In this document: in pieces, positions 28,615 to 36,007 of the stretch
How positions within the stretch are numbered: the first letter of the stretch is position 1
How the letters are laid out: each line of letters starts with the position of its first letter
Source of the DNA: a virus
Taxonomy: Duplodnaviria; Caudoviricetes
Direction: 5' to 3' (one strand)
IMG/VR virus record: IMGVR_UViG_3300033485_000041
Location: 1-41,426 of that record
Length of the DNA: 41,426 nucleotides
Position numbers and translations under genes: made by a program
Notes under the pieces: generated by a model
Told to the model about the DNA's origin: nothing
What the model saw: the letters and a program-made list of their open reading frames with translations, nothing else
Database searches by the model: none

Positions 28615-29345
28615 GAGAATAGCGCCTCCACGCGCTTCTGGAATTCATCGCGAGCCCACACGTAGATTTTGCTTCGATTGCTTCGGGCGAGGGCGAGGGC
28701 GCGGTCGCTGGCGAGGGCGAGGGCGCGGTCGAGGTCGAGGGCGTGGGCGAGGTCGAGGTCGCTGGCGAGGGCGAGGGCGCGGGCGAGGGCGTGGGCGAGG
28801 TCGAGGTCGAGGGCGTGGGCGAGGTCGAGGTCGCTGGCGAGGGCGAGGGCGCGGGCGAGGGCGCGGTCGAGGTCGAGGGAATGTAATTTCGACGCGGCAC
28901 TACGTGCCGCTATAAGCCCGTTCATGCTTCCGCTTGCAGCGAAATCACGAACGAACTTTGTCACCGTTTTCAATTCATCGCCATCTAAACCGACCCCTAC
29001 AAACACCCGGTCAAAAACATCGGCGACAAACTCCAATACCATGCGCTTGGAATCGCGGATCGCCATGCAGGTCCGCGTGCGGCCTGCCAGCTTGTCGGAC
29101 TCGCGAACGATTTCGCCGGAGACCTCGACATGGCAGAGAAGGAGCCCCGGCGCGTATTTGAGCGCATCGAGCGGATGCTCGCTGGCGTGCAGGCCGTTGG
29201 AGCAAGGAGCGATTTTACCCTCGGCGAAGAGCGTCGAGCCGACTTTAACCGGCTCGTCACTGTAGCGCGTGCGTGAGTTGTCCGTCAGGAAATGCCATGC
29301 TTTCACGGTCTCCGTCTGTTTATCGGAATCGATTTTTGAATTCAT
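28611..29345 (-). CDS. protein with C..GLHA....DAL.Y domain and DL/AL/AR/AH repeats
   Basis: First gene of leftward block; recurrent phage N-terminal domain plus low-complexity tract. Confidence 0.8.
   Translation of the reverse strand: MNSKIDSDKQTETVKAWHFLTDNSRTRYSDEPVKVGSTLFAEGKIAPCSNGLHASEHPLDALKYAPGLLLCHVEVSGEIVRESDKLAGRTRTCMAIRDSKRMVLEFVADVFDRVFVGVGLDGDELKTVTKFVRDFAASGSMNGLIAARSAASKLHSLDLDRALARALALASDLDLAHALDLDLAHALARALALASDLDLAHALDLDRALALASDRALALARSNRSKIYVWARDEFQKRVEALFS
28684..28877 (-). repeat. hexamer array GCCCTC/GACCTC/GCCCGC/GCCCAC/GCCAGC/GACCGC
   Basis: ~32 tandem 6-nt units in higher-order blocks. Confidence 0.93.
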
Positions 29346-29519
29346 AGGTTATGTTTACGCCGACACTAGATGCGCAAAAGTGGTCAATCGCAAGAAAAAT
29401 CTCCGCGCTATTATTTCTCGCGATCTAAGTCGTTGTCCGCAGGTATTTAGGATGCGAAGAAAATCTTTAGAGTTGAATTTGGCGAATGGAAGACTCACCG
29501 TTTGTGCGCAATGATTTCT
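29346..29519. promoter_or_regulatory. divergent promoter region
   Basis: AT-richer non-coding gap between leftward and rightward blocks; exact promoters not resolved. Confidence 0.5.
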
Positions 29520-29633
29520 GCCTAACACCGCGGATGAGCCGCGACCCTGAGAACAATCCTATGAAAAAGAAAACACTGAAGACTCAAGCCCAACGACCCG
29601 TCAGGGTCGTTGGCTCTGGACGCCTGGTTAGCG
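29520..29633 (-). mobile_element. attC-like site 1 (114 bp, degenerate)
   Basis: GCCTAAC...GTTAGCG ends; inner inverted repeat 29536-29550/29601-29616 with extra base. Confidence 0.6.
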
Positions 29634-29881
29634 GTCAATGCCGCGCCTGTGAAATATTCGGCGATGGGCCATGTTCGGCCAAGGCGTTCGAGCACATGCA
29701 GGAAAAAGCAGCACGAGCGATACACGCAGAACACAACCGCCACGAAGGCCAAGACATTCCGTGGATCGGACTGCACCGTTTTCAGCGCATAAAATATCGC
29801 CTGAAAGGCTACGCCGTGCTGATCGCACTCGGAATACCTGCACCCAAGACCGCTAACATCCGCCGATCAGACACGCCGTAG
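29561..29881 (+). CDS. cassette 1 hypothetical protein
   Basis: ATG inside site 1 (AATCCT-ATG); stop in loop of site 2. Confidence 0.65.
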   Translation: MKKKTLKTQAQRPVRVVGSGRLVSGQCRACEIFGDGPCSAKAFEHMQEKAARAIHAEHNRHEGQDIPWIGLHRFQRIKYRLKGYAVLIALGIPAPKTANIRRSDTP

Positions 29882-29909
29882 GGCGTTGTCTGTATCGCGC
29901 TGGTTGGGG
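29851..29909 (-). mobile_element. attC-like site 2 (59 bp, canonical spacing)
   Basis: Minus strand: CCCCAAC-N5-CGATACAG...CTGATCG-N6-GTTAGCG, with two extrahelical bases. Confidence 0.75.
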
Positions 29910-29954
29910 CTCCGATTTTAACGCAACGACAACAATCAAATAACAGGAAATATT

Positions 29955-30266
29955 ATGAGTGGTGGAAGCTGGGATTACTTTTACGGGCGACTTGAAGAAG
30001 TCGCTTCACGTCTTCAATGCGGGCGCGACCCGCTCCGCAAAGCATTTGGCTCGCATCTCCAAAAATGCGCGAAGGCGCTCCACGACATCGAGTGGGTGGA
30101 CTCGTGCGACTCTGCGCCGGGCGACGAAGTGAAGGCGATCAAGGCCGTGCTCGGCACCGACGGCCCGGCGCTCGTTCTTTCTGAATCTCGCAAGCAGGCA
30201 GAAGCGGCGCTAGAACAACTCAAGGCGGCGCTGGCAGATTGCCCTAACAACCCGCAACAGCCATGA
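29955..30266 (+). CDS. cassette 2 conserved phage hypothetical protein
   Basis: MSGGS.DY, ALHD.EW..S.D motifs; stop inside site 3. Confidence 0.8.
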   Translation: MSGGSWDYFYGRLEEVASRLQCGRDPLRKAFGSHLQKCAKALHDIEWVDSCDSAPGDEVKAIKAVLGTDGPALVLSESRKQAEAALEQLKAALADCPNNPQQP

Positions 30267-30327
30267 CGACGCCCAATAAAACAGAACGGGCCAAGACAGG
30301 GCTAGGCGCTGTGGCCGCTGGTTCGGC
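30242..30327 (-). mobile_element. attC-like site 3 (86 bp, degenerate)
   Basis: CCCTAAC...GTTCGGC ends; GCAACAGC/GCTGTGGC inner arms; CGCTG-GTT end shared with site 2. Confidence 0.5.
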
Positions 30328-30526
30328 TGGGTCAACGTTAGTCGATGCAACACTGCTTATAGAGCGAATCATCACGCACATCGCTGCGAACAAAAACACG
30401 CCGTTTCTTCAGGAGCAGATTATGCTCGCTAAGTGGAGCGCCGAAGAAATCGGACCTAGACTAGCAAAGCTAGCAGGATGCCGATGGATGCCGAATAAGG
30501 CGACCAGTACGCCCCGCGCTAGGTAA
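30263..30526 (+). CDS. cassette 3 hypothetical protein
   Basis: ATG inside site 3; runs through terminal core GCCGAAT (30490-30496). Confidence 0.6.
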   Translation: MTTPNKTERAKTGLGAVAAGSAGSTLVDATLLIERIITHIAANKNTPFLQEQIMLAKWSAEEIGPRLAKLAGCRWMPNKATSTPRAR

Positions 30527-30538
30527 CCGGAAACCGAT

Positions 30539-31186
30539 ATGACCGACGACATGTTCAGGCAAGTTTCTTCGCCAGAAGAGCGCGAGCCTAATAAGCAAAC
30601 GCCAGGGCAGGCCATCGCGGGCCGGCTCTGGCAAGAAAAGGCCAGGGCCGGCAAGCCGATGACTGAAGCCCAAGTCGGCAATGTCATTGACGGCATGCTC
30701 AAGGAGCTTGGCATGTCCAAGAAGCGGGCGCGCGTCGGGGGCAGAGATTTGCTTTTTGACGCCCTTTGCGTGTCGTGCGGTATAAACCCTCAAGAGGTGA
30801 CGCGCATGGCCGCTACTGGGATTGGAACGGCCCTAGCTGACATCGCAGCGGTGACGCCAAACCTTACGCCGGAGGAATTCGGCATTCGGGCGTCGAAATA
30901 CCGTCGAGAGCATCCCGACTGGGAATTGACGCCAACCGCGCTTTGCACGCACTGGGGGGAGCTCGGTACGGGCGACGCTGGGCAGGCCGTGGCCTCAATG
31001 CACGCGGCGGAGCCTAACGGGTGGCAGGAAGTGGCGATGCGCATGTTTCAAGAGGCTGAATGGGATGCTGGATCAATAGCCGTCATCCTGCAAAACGGAT
31101 GGGGTGGCATGTCGCTCGGACACCGCAAGGCGATCCAGAATCGAATCGCCCGTTCAGCCGTCGTCACAAGAAATATTTCAGATTGA
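30539..31186 (+). CDS. hypothetical protein, possibly replication-initiator-like
   Basis: 215 aa; TP.AL..HW..L helical motif; function inferred weakly from position. Confidence 0.6.
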   Translation: MTDDMFRQVSSPEEREPNKQTPGQAIAGRLWQEKARAGKPMTEAQVGNVIDGMLKELGMSKKRARVGGRDLLFDALCVSCGINPQEVTRMAATGIGTALADIAAVTPNLTPEEFGIRASKYRREHPDWELTPTALCTHWGELGTGDAGQAVASMHAAEPNGWQEVAMRMFQEAEWDAGSIAVILQNGWGGMSLGHRKAIQNRIARSAVVTRNISD

Positions 31187-31236
31187 TCGAAAATTTGCTT
31201 GCAAATCTAAAATCTCGATGACTACCTATCTCCTCA

Positions 31237-31317
31237 ACAGCAGGCTTGCACCCGCTGATTTTTCAGTGGGACTTTCCTGCCGAGAAACCACCGCCCGCAA
31301 GCCCGGTGGTTTTTTTG
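31237..31317 (+). promoter_or_regulatory. kissing-loop leader/attenuator A
   Basis: Loop GGCTTGC (31243-49) complements terminator loop GCAAGCC (31297-303); stem AAACCACCG/CGGTGGTTT plus T run. Confidence 0.65.
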
Positions 31318-31319
31318 TT

Positions 31320-31555
31320 GGTCAAATTAACCGCCGCTCTAATGCCTCGGCGTTGGCTACCTCAAACGCTGGTTTTTTGGCTAGCGTCTCAAGTCCTGAA
31401 GGTGTGGTAGAGCCCCTACTTCAGGCAGGGGGTTCAGATGGAACTCACAGATTGGGCAAACGATGACGCGACAAGCACAGCAGATGTGCGCAAAAAGGCC
31501 GGACCTCACCTAGTCCGCTAGGGGGCTCTGTATTTCTCCTGATTGGGCAAACTTT
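31320..31555 (+). ncRNA. candidate structured RNA / long leader
   Basis: No convincing ORF; 5-6 hairpins; AGAGCCCC/GGGGCTCT long-range pair. Confidence 0.4.
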
Positions 31556-31578
31556 AAACGAAGTTAAAACTTAAACCT

Positions 31579-31806
31579 ATGAAACCGATAACATACGACA
31601 GCGACATGAGAGTCACCCTGAAATGGGATTCTTGTTCAGGCGACGGAAAACGCGCCTTTGTAGTGGCAGACCAGAACGACGGATGGCGAGACCTCAGAAT
31701 TGAGATCGACACCGACGACTGCGACGGCGATCACGCCAAGAAGATGATGCAAGCTGTAATTGACCGCGTAAACGCATTTGCGAAATCCCATGAAACCCAA
31801 AATTGA
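31579..31806 (+). CDS. hypothetical protein
   Basis: 75 aa, AACCT-ATG. Confidence 0.7.
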   Translation: MKPITYDSDMRVTLKWDSCSGDGKRAFVVADQNDGWRDLRIEIDTDDCDGDHAKKMMQAVIDRVNAFAKSHETQN

Positions 31807-32071
31807 AATTATCTCTGTAATAGACCGAATAGACGACTGTAATTGGTCCGAATGGGAGTGCAGTTATTCACTAGACGGAGAGACATGGCATGCAGGGTCA
31901 ATCCAGTCGGATGGCCACGATCACGCTATTGAAACGCTGCGTGATGAAAACGGAAATGAGCCTAAGCCGCCCGGTGAGGCACCGTGGCCCGAGGTAGAAC
32001 AGCTCGGCGGAAAACATTGGCCGCGCCCAGATCACGGGCAAAAACTGATAGACCAAGAACTGAAATCCTGA
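31790..32071 (+). CDS. hypothetical acidic protein
   Basis: ATG at 31790; ends in the direct repeat. Confidence 0.65.
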   Translation: MKPKIEIISVIDRIDDCNWSEWECSYSLDGETWHAGSIQSDGHDHAIETLRDENGNEPKPPGEAPWPEVEQLGGKHWPRPDHGQKLIDQELKS

Positions 32072-32116
32072 TCGGGCAAACTTCGACAGACAACCAAACC
32101 TATAAACCAAATCAAA

Positions 32117-32302
32117 ATGTCGCCATCTGATATTTCAAGAATGCTACGAGCCCAAGCATGGGAGCGTGCTAAGGGCGAGCTTAACTCAATGCTTCACACG
32201 TTTATGAGCCCAGAAAATGCCAACGAAGGTCAGTTCGATAAATTCGATGAGGTGCTGGAGATATTTATCAAAGACGTAGAAGGCAACGGACTTCACGAGT
32301 AG
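32117..32302 (+). CDS. hypothetical protein
   Basis: 61 aa; AWERAKGEL. Confidence 0.7.
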   Translation: MSPSDISRMLRAQAWERAKGELNSMLHTFMSPENANEGQFDKFDEVLEIFIKDVEGNGLHE

Positions 32303-32310
32303 GCATCACC

Positions 32311-32526
32311 ATGCGCGACAAAATCACCCTAGAGCTGCACGAGGTCGCCGTCGAGCTACAGCGAGCGCACATGTCGCTCGTCCATATCGGCAAAATTCTC
32401 GGCATACACCACTCGGCGCTTTCGTTCGACCTTTCGGGACAGCGAAAAACGCCTTACAGGCCATCGCCTGAAACAGCAATTCCAATTTTAGAAACAGCGC
32501 TCGCCAAGCTCCGCGCAAACCTATGA
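32311..32526 (+). CDS. small putative HTH protein
   Basis: MSL..IGK.LGI..S.LS..L.G. Confidence 0.55.
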   Translation: MRDKITLELHEVAVELQRAHMSLVHIGKILGIHHSALSFDLSGQRKTPYRPSPETAIPILETALAKLRANL

Positions 32527-32542
32527 AACCGCAATCAGAACT

Positions 32543-32767
32543 ATGAGTAACTCTGTAAAAGTATCGTTCGACGCAACGTCGAAAGAACTTTGGTGCGTCA
32601 TGAAAAACTACAAGTGGAGCACGTTAAGCATTCAAGGCTTCGACTTGAGCTTAAAACAGCTTGGAAGCGTAGGCTTTATTCCTATCTTCGACAATCGTGA
32701 ACAGGCCGTCGCATGGGACGATGGCTCAGATGAGCACGTTTTCAGACTAACCACGCAACAAAATTGA
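32543..32767 (+). CDS. hypothetical protein
   Basis: 74 aa, co-oriented. Confidence 0.65.
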   Translation: MSNSVKVSFDATSKELWCVMKNYKWSTLSIQGFDLSLKQLGSVGFIPIFDNREQAVAWDDGSDEHVFRLTTQQN

Positions 32768-32773
32768 ATCACT

Positions 32774-32974
32774 ATGAAAAAACTGCTAATGCACATATAC
32801 TCAATATCCAGAAACCGCAGGAAAGTCACGGTATGGACGGCGGAATCAATCACAGGAATGCGAGTTTGCACATCAACATGCACGCCCGTCATGGGTCTAT
32901 CTAAATCAGAACGGCGTATAGTGATAAGCAAATACCTCAAAGAGAGATTTAACATAAAATATCCATCATCATGA
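32774..32974 (+). CDS. hypothetical basic protein
   Basis: 66 aa, ATGA overlap downstream. Confidence 0.55.
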   Translation: MKKLLMHIYSISRNRRKVTVWTAESITGMRVCTSTCTPVMGLSKSERRIVISKYLKERFNIKYPSS

Positions 32975-33264
32975 ACACATACCCGACATCGCAGTTCCAC
33001 GGAACGCACCCGAGACTTGGCAACAATTGCCACCACCGCCAGCGGAAAGACATAGACCCGCAACGGCTTTGGTTAATGCAAGAAGAGGTATCGAGAATAT
33101 TCACAATTTCACGACTTTCTAGCGGACTTCCTCATGGCTCAGTTGTTCATCACGCAACAGGAGACTTTGTGGTAGACCGCAGTGACGTTGCGGTAGCCGA
33201 TAATGGCGGCGCTCTGATTCAGCCAGCAACCACAGCCGACTCGGCCAACAGCGTAACAGCATGA
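32971..33264 (+). CDS. hypothetical protein
   Basis: 97 aa, ATGA overlaps on both sides. Confidence 0.55.
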   Translation: MNTYPTSQFHGTHPRLGNNCHHRQRKDIDPQRLWLMQEEVSRIFTISRLSSGLPHGSVVHHATGDFVVDRSDVAVADNGGALIQPATTADSANSVTA

Positions 33265-33434
33265 AGCCCGACCTATGTGATAAGTGCGCCAAGCGTGGCA
33301 TAATCGCCACAAAGCATGGACCAACGTGCGAGCACTCGACGCATGCCGGTTTAAGCTGGTGGCCAGCAAATTGGGCGACCATGCTAGAGGCGCAGAGACT
33401 TGCTTGGATTAATAAAAACTATCATACTAAATAA
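33261..33434 (+). CDS. 57-aa Cys/His protein (below cutoff)
   Basis: Translated by eye: MKPDLCDKCAKRG...NYHTK; ATGA overlap. Confidence 0.55.
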   Translation: MKPDLCDKCAKRGIIATKHGPTCEHSTHAGLSWWPANWATMLEAQRLAWINKNYHTK

Positions 33435-33437
33435 CCT

Positions 33438-33581
33438 ATGAAAGATATGCTAAAAATAATCGGCATTGCGATTCTGTTAATGCTCATCATTGTTGGAATC
33501 GGCAGTTGTAATTACAAGCTATGGCGCGCCGAACATCCTAACGCGGCGACTTGGACATTCTTCATTCATTCACATAAATGA
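33438..33581 (+). CDS. 47-aa membrane peptide (below cutoff)
   Basis: MKDMLKIIGIAILLMLIIVGIGSC...; AACCT-ATG. Confidence 0.6.
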   Translation: MKDMLKIIGIAILLMLIIVGIGSCNYKLWRAEHPNAATWTFFIHSHK

Positions 33582-33585
33582 ACCT

Positions 33586-33717
33586 ATGAAAATTGAACTA
33601 AACGATAACGCCGCATTTGCGGTTTTAGTTTTGGCAATATTGACGATTTCAATCGTCGGATTGACAATGAGTAATCATGAACAGCCAGCTCCAGTAGAGC
33701 AGCACCAAACAAAATAA
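33586..33717 (+). CDS. 43-aa membrane peptide
   Basis: AACCT-ATG; one hydrophobic segment. Confidence 0.55.
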   Translation: MKIELNDNAAFAVLVLAILTISIVGLTMSNHEQPAPVEQHQTK

Positions 33718-33720
33718 TCT

Positions 33721-34044
33721 ATGAGCACACAAAACAAATGGATCGCACTAAAAGATCAACAGCCCGGCGACGACCAGTTTCCAGTTACCTACGGTTACTG
33801 GGATTCAACAGAATGGATGGCTTCGCGTGATTGGTGGCATTGCGCCATGGAAGGCCAGAAATTCACGCACTGGTTTTCGACCAAAGTAGATCTTCCGCCG
33901 CCGCCTAAGAGAGAGCCGACGCTCGCTGAGTTGGATAAGCAGGCTTTTGCCGAATGGTATGATAGCACTCCGCGCGTAACTGGTGAGAATTCATTCATTG
34001 CGGGCGCGAATTACGCGCGCGCCCGCGTGAAAGGCAAGCCATGA
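33721..34044 (+). CDS. hypothetical protein (DUF551-like)
   Basis: WI..KD..P...THW...P.PP. Confidence 0.65.
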   Translation: MSTQNKWIALKDQQPGDDQFPVTYGYWDSTEWMASRDWWHCAMEGQKFTHWFSTKVDLPPPPKREPTLAELDKQAFAEWYDSTPRVTGENSFIAGANYARARVKGKP

Positions 34045-34271
34045 GCGACACACCACGAACTGACGCAGAAGCTAGCGACGGATGGAGCGGCGATGCAGTA
34101 TGTGTTTCGGCCGACTTCGCCCGCCAACTAGAACGCGAGCTAAATGCCTGTCACAATGAAACGCTAGCAGTGTATGACGGTAAAGACGGACGCCGCGAAT
34201 GGTGGACCGGGGGTACTTGGCTATATCCATGGCAGAAGATAGTCGTAATTGACACCGCAAAAGGAGACTAA
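34041..34271 (+). CDS. hypothetical protein
   Basis: MSDTPRTDA...ADFARQLEREL, a recurrent phage motif. Confidence 0.7.
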   Translation: MSDTPRTDAEASDGWSGDAVCVSADFARQLERELNACHNETLAVYDGKDGRREWWTGGTWLYPWQKIVVIDTAKGD

Positions 34272-34474
34272 TGAACAACCAAAAAACTGAAGCCGCCGTC
34301 CGGCGCGCCGGACGAATAAACGACCAGGTATTATACGAACTCGCCAGTACATTTGAAAATGAGGTGCATCTATTGCGAAGCCAGTTGGCTAGCGAAATGA
34401 ACCGATGCCAAGAGCTGGAGCGTTTGTTGCGTTCGAGCGAAAGCACCTACTGCCACGCCCGATGTGACGTGTAA
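34271..34474 (+). CDS. hypothetical protein
   Basis: 67 aa, AAGGAG RBS. Confidence 0.6.
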   Translation: MNNQKTEAAVRRAGRINDQVLYELASTFENEVHLLRSQLASEMNRCQELERLLRSSESTYCHARCDV

Positions 34475-34521
34475 AGAAATCGCCAGATTCTATGCACGTC
34501 CGCCTGACATGCATACTAAAC

Positions 34522-34552
34522 AAAAAGAACCGCTAGCGTAAACTAGCGGTTC
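34522..34552 (-). terminator. intrinsic terminator at convergence point
   Basis: 10-bp stem GAACCGCTAG/CTAGCGGTTC; T5 tail on minus strand. Confidence 0.8.
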
Positions 34553-34573
34553 CTTGGGTATATTGTCTTAAAT

Positions 34574-34750
34574 CTACTTGCCAAGGTGGAATGCAATCCA
34601 CCTGATAGCGCAAACTGCTTCCTCCGAGATCGGGTGTATACCGCGCTCCCTTCTGCATATAGTCGAGCGCCTTAGCTCAAGCAGCTCGGCCAACTTGGCC
34701 TGACTCAGCCCCAGGGACTTTCGAACGGCTCGATACTCGGCGGGGCTCAT
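34574..34750 (-). CDS. 58-aa XRE-family HTH protein (below cutoff)
   Basis: MSPAEYRAVRKSLGLSQAKLAELLELRRSTICRRERGIHPIS... Confidence 0.85.
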   Translation of the reverse strand: MSPAEYRAVRKSLGLSQAKLAELLELRRSTICRRERGIHPISEEAVCAIRWIAFHLGK

Positions 34751-35106
34751 TGACGGCCTTTGCTTGTATTGCTCTCTAAATCGCCCTCACACCACACCCA
34801 GAATGCGTATGAAACGGTCCCCATCTTGGCTTCATAGGCTGGAGCCCAACTTGATAACCAAGCTCGCGTCGCAGCCATGGCTTCCCCGCGATCAACTTCC
34901 GGCTTCATTTCGGGCAGTTTTCCTCCACGGAAAAACAACGATTCAACCATGTTTTCATATTTCTTCGGTATATCTGGGATGTCGTACCTATTGAAATATC
35001 TCGATTTGTCGGCTCCGAATATTTGCGCTGGGCCGTCAAATGTAGGGATCGGGAAAAAGGTAAGTCCTTTTATTTTTAGCTGCGGTTTATTGTCGGAGTT
35101 TTTCAT
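34747..35106 (-). CDS. hypothetical protein
   Basis: 119 aa; LFF.GG, S.AP..E.K. Confidence 0.7.
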   Translation of the reverse strand: MKNSDNKPQLKIKGLTFFPIPTFDGPAQIFGADKSRYFNRYDIPDIPKKYENMVESLFFRGGKLPEMKPEVDRGEAMAATRAWLSSWAPAYEAKMGTVSYAFWVWCEGDLESNTSKGRQ

Positions 35107-35110
35107 GGGC

Positions 35111-35362
35111 TCAGTCGAATTTCAGGCTCTTCAGTTTGGCGATCTGCTTCTCTAACGACTCGATCCGATTTAGGCGCATCTTATCAGCCTGTATTCGGGC
35201 CGCCGTTTCAGAATAATGGAATTCGTCGCCATGGTAATATTTCCTACCCCATCCATCGTTATCAACTACGGCCGTCGTTTTACCGAGCGCGCCATCAACT
35301 TTAATGGCATCGTCCTCGATTATGCCTTTGGTCAATGCGTATTTTGTAATGTATATTTTCAT
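35111..35362 (-). CDS. conserved phage hypothetical protein
   Basis: ITKYALT.GI...I.SLEKQI.KL. Confidence 0.75.
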   Translation of the reverse strand: MKIYITKYALTKGIIEDDAIKVDGALGKTTAVVDNDGWGRKYYHGDEFHYSETAARIQADKMRLNRIESLEKQIAKLKSLKFD

Positions 35363-35392
35363 TGGGTTTTGGCAGGGTTGGTTACTGGGCTC

Positions 35393-35677
35393 TCAGAGAG
35401 ATTCAGGCCTGTATTTCAATACGGCATTTTCGCATCTTTTTATATCCCATTCTATTTGGTCGGCCTTAGATTGCATGCCAACCCATGGAGGAGATGATTT
35501 GCCGCGAAGATATGCGGCTGCATTCTCGCAGATACATGAAAAACGACGGCGCGCAGATTTTGGCGCAGATTCAGGCAATCCCTCAAGCGTAGCTGCGTGG
35601 CATGACGCAAGATAAGCAGCCACGAATTTCCAATGCTCGATCTCATTTGCCTGTTCGGTGATTTCTATTTTATTCAT
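35393..35677 (-). CDS. hypothetical protein
   Basis: 94 aa, co-oriented. Confidence 0.65.
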   Translation of the reverse strand: MNKIEITEQANEIEHWKFVAAYLASCHAATLEGLPESAPKSARRRFSCICENAAAYLRGKSSPPWVGMQSKADQIEWDIKRCENAVLKYRPESL

Positions 35678-35681
35678 GATG

Positions 35682-35867
35682 TTATGAAGCTTTCAGCGAG
35701 ATTCCAAGGGCGGCGCGGATTAAGCCTCGGATAGCGCGAAAAGCTACTTTGGCCTGATGCTTAACCATCGCGCGACGCAGTACGCTCCAGTTTAGGCGGG
35801 CCTGCTCGTATCGGCTAATCTCAGCGGTGTCGCAGACGGGGGTCGTGATGATTTCGGCGGTATTCAT
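35682..35867 (-). CDS. hypothetical protein
   Basis: 61 aa; first gene after promoter. Confidence 0.55.
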   Translation of the reverse strand: MNTAEIITTPVCDTAEISRYEQARLNWSVLRRAMVKHQAKVAFRAIRGLIRAALGISLKAS

Positions 35868-35910
35868 AGTTTCGATTGTCTCGGGGCTCCATTGCCTCTT
35901 TGACGTACGA

Positions 35911-35939
35911 AAAGTACGCTTTCAGCACACTTCCGTCAA
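35911..35939 (-). promoter_or_regulatory. sigma70-type promoter
   Basis: Minus strand TTGACG-N17-TACTTT. Confidence 0.7.
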
Positions 35940-36007
35940 GGGCCGTATGTGATATTTTCCAACATATTATGCAACTAACGATGTCTTGGGAGATTACGAT
36001 GCTAATT

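Larger units (their letters stand above)
31537..32083 (+). repeat. 18-nt direct repeat TCCTGATYGGGCAAACTT (31537-31554, 32066-32083)
   Basis: 17/18 identity; 12-nt core also at 31450-31461. Confidence 0.8.

Noticed and set aside
28460-29265. RG-, RA- and PS-rich ORFs in other frames
   Set aside because: Alternative readings of the hexamer array in 28611-29345.
31450-31530. c-di-GMP-I riboswitch suggested by GGGCAAAC...GCAAA
   Set aside because: No GNRA-capped P2 or receptor evident; the motif recurs as a plain direct repeat.
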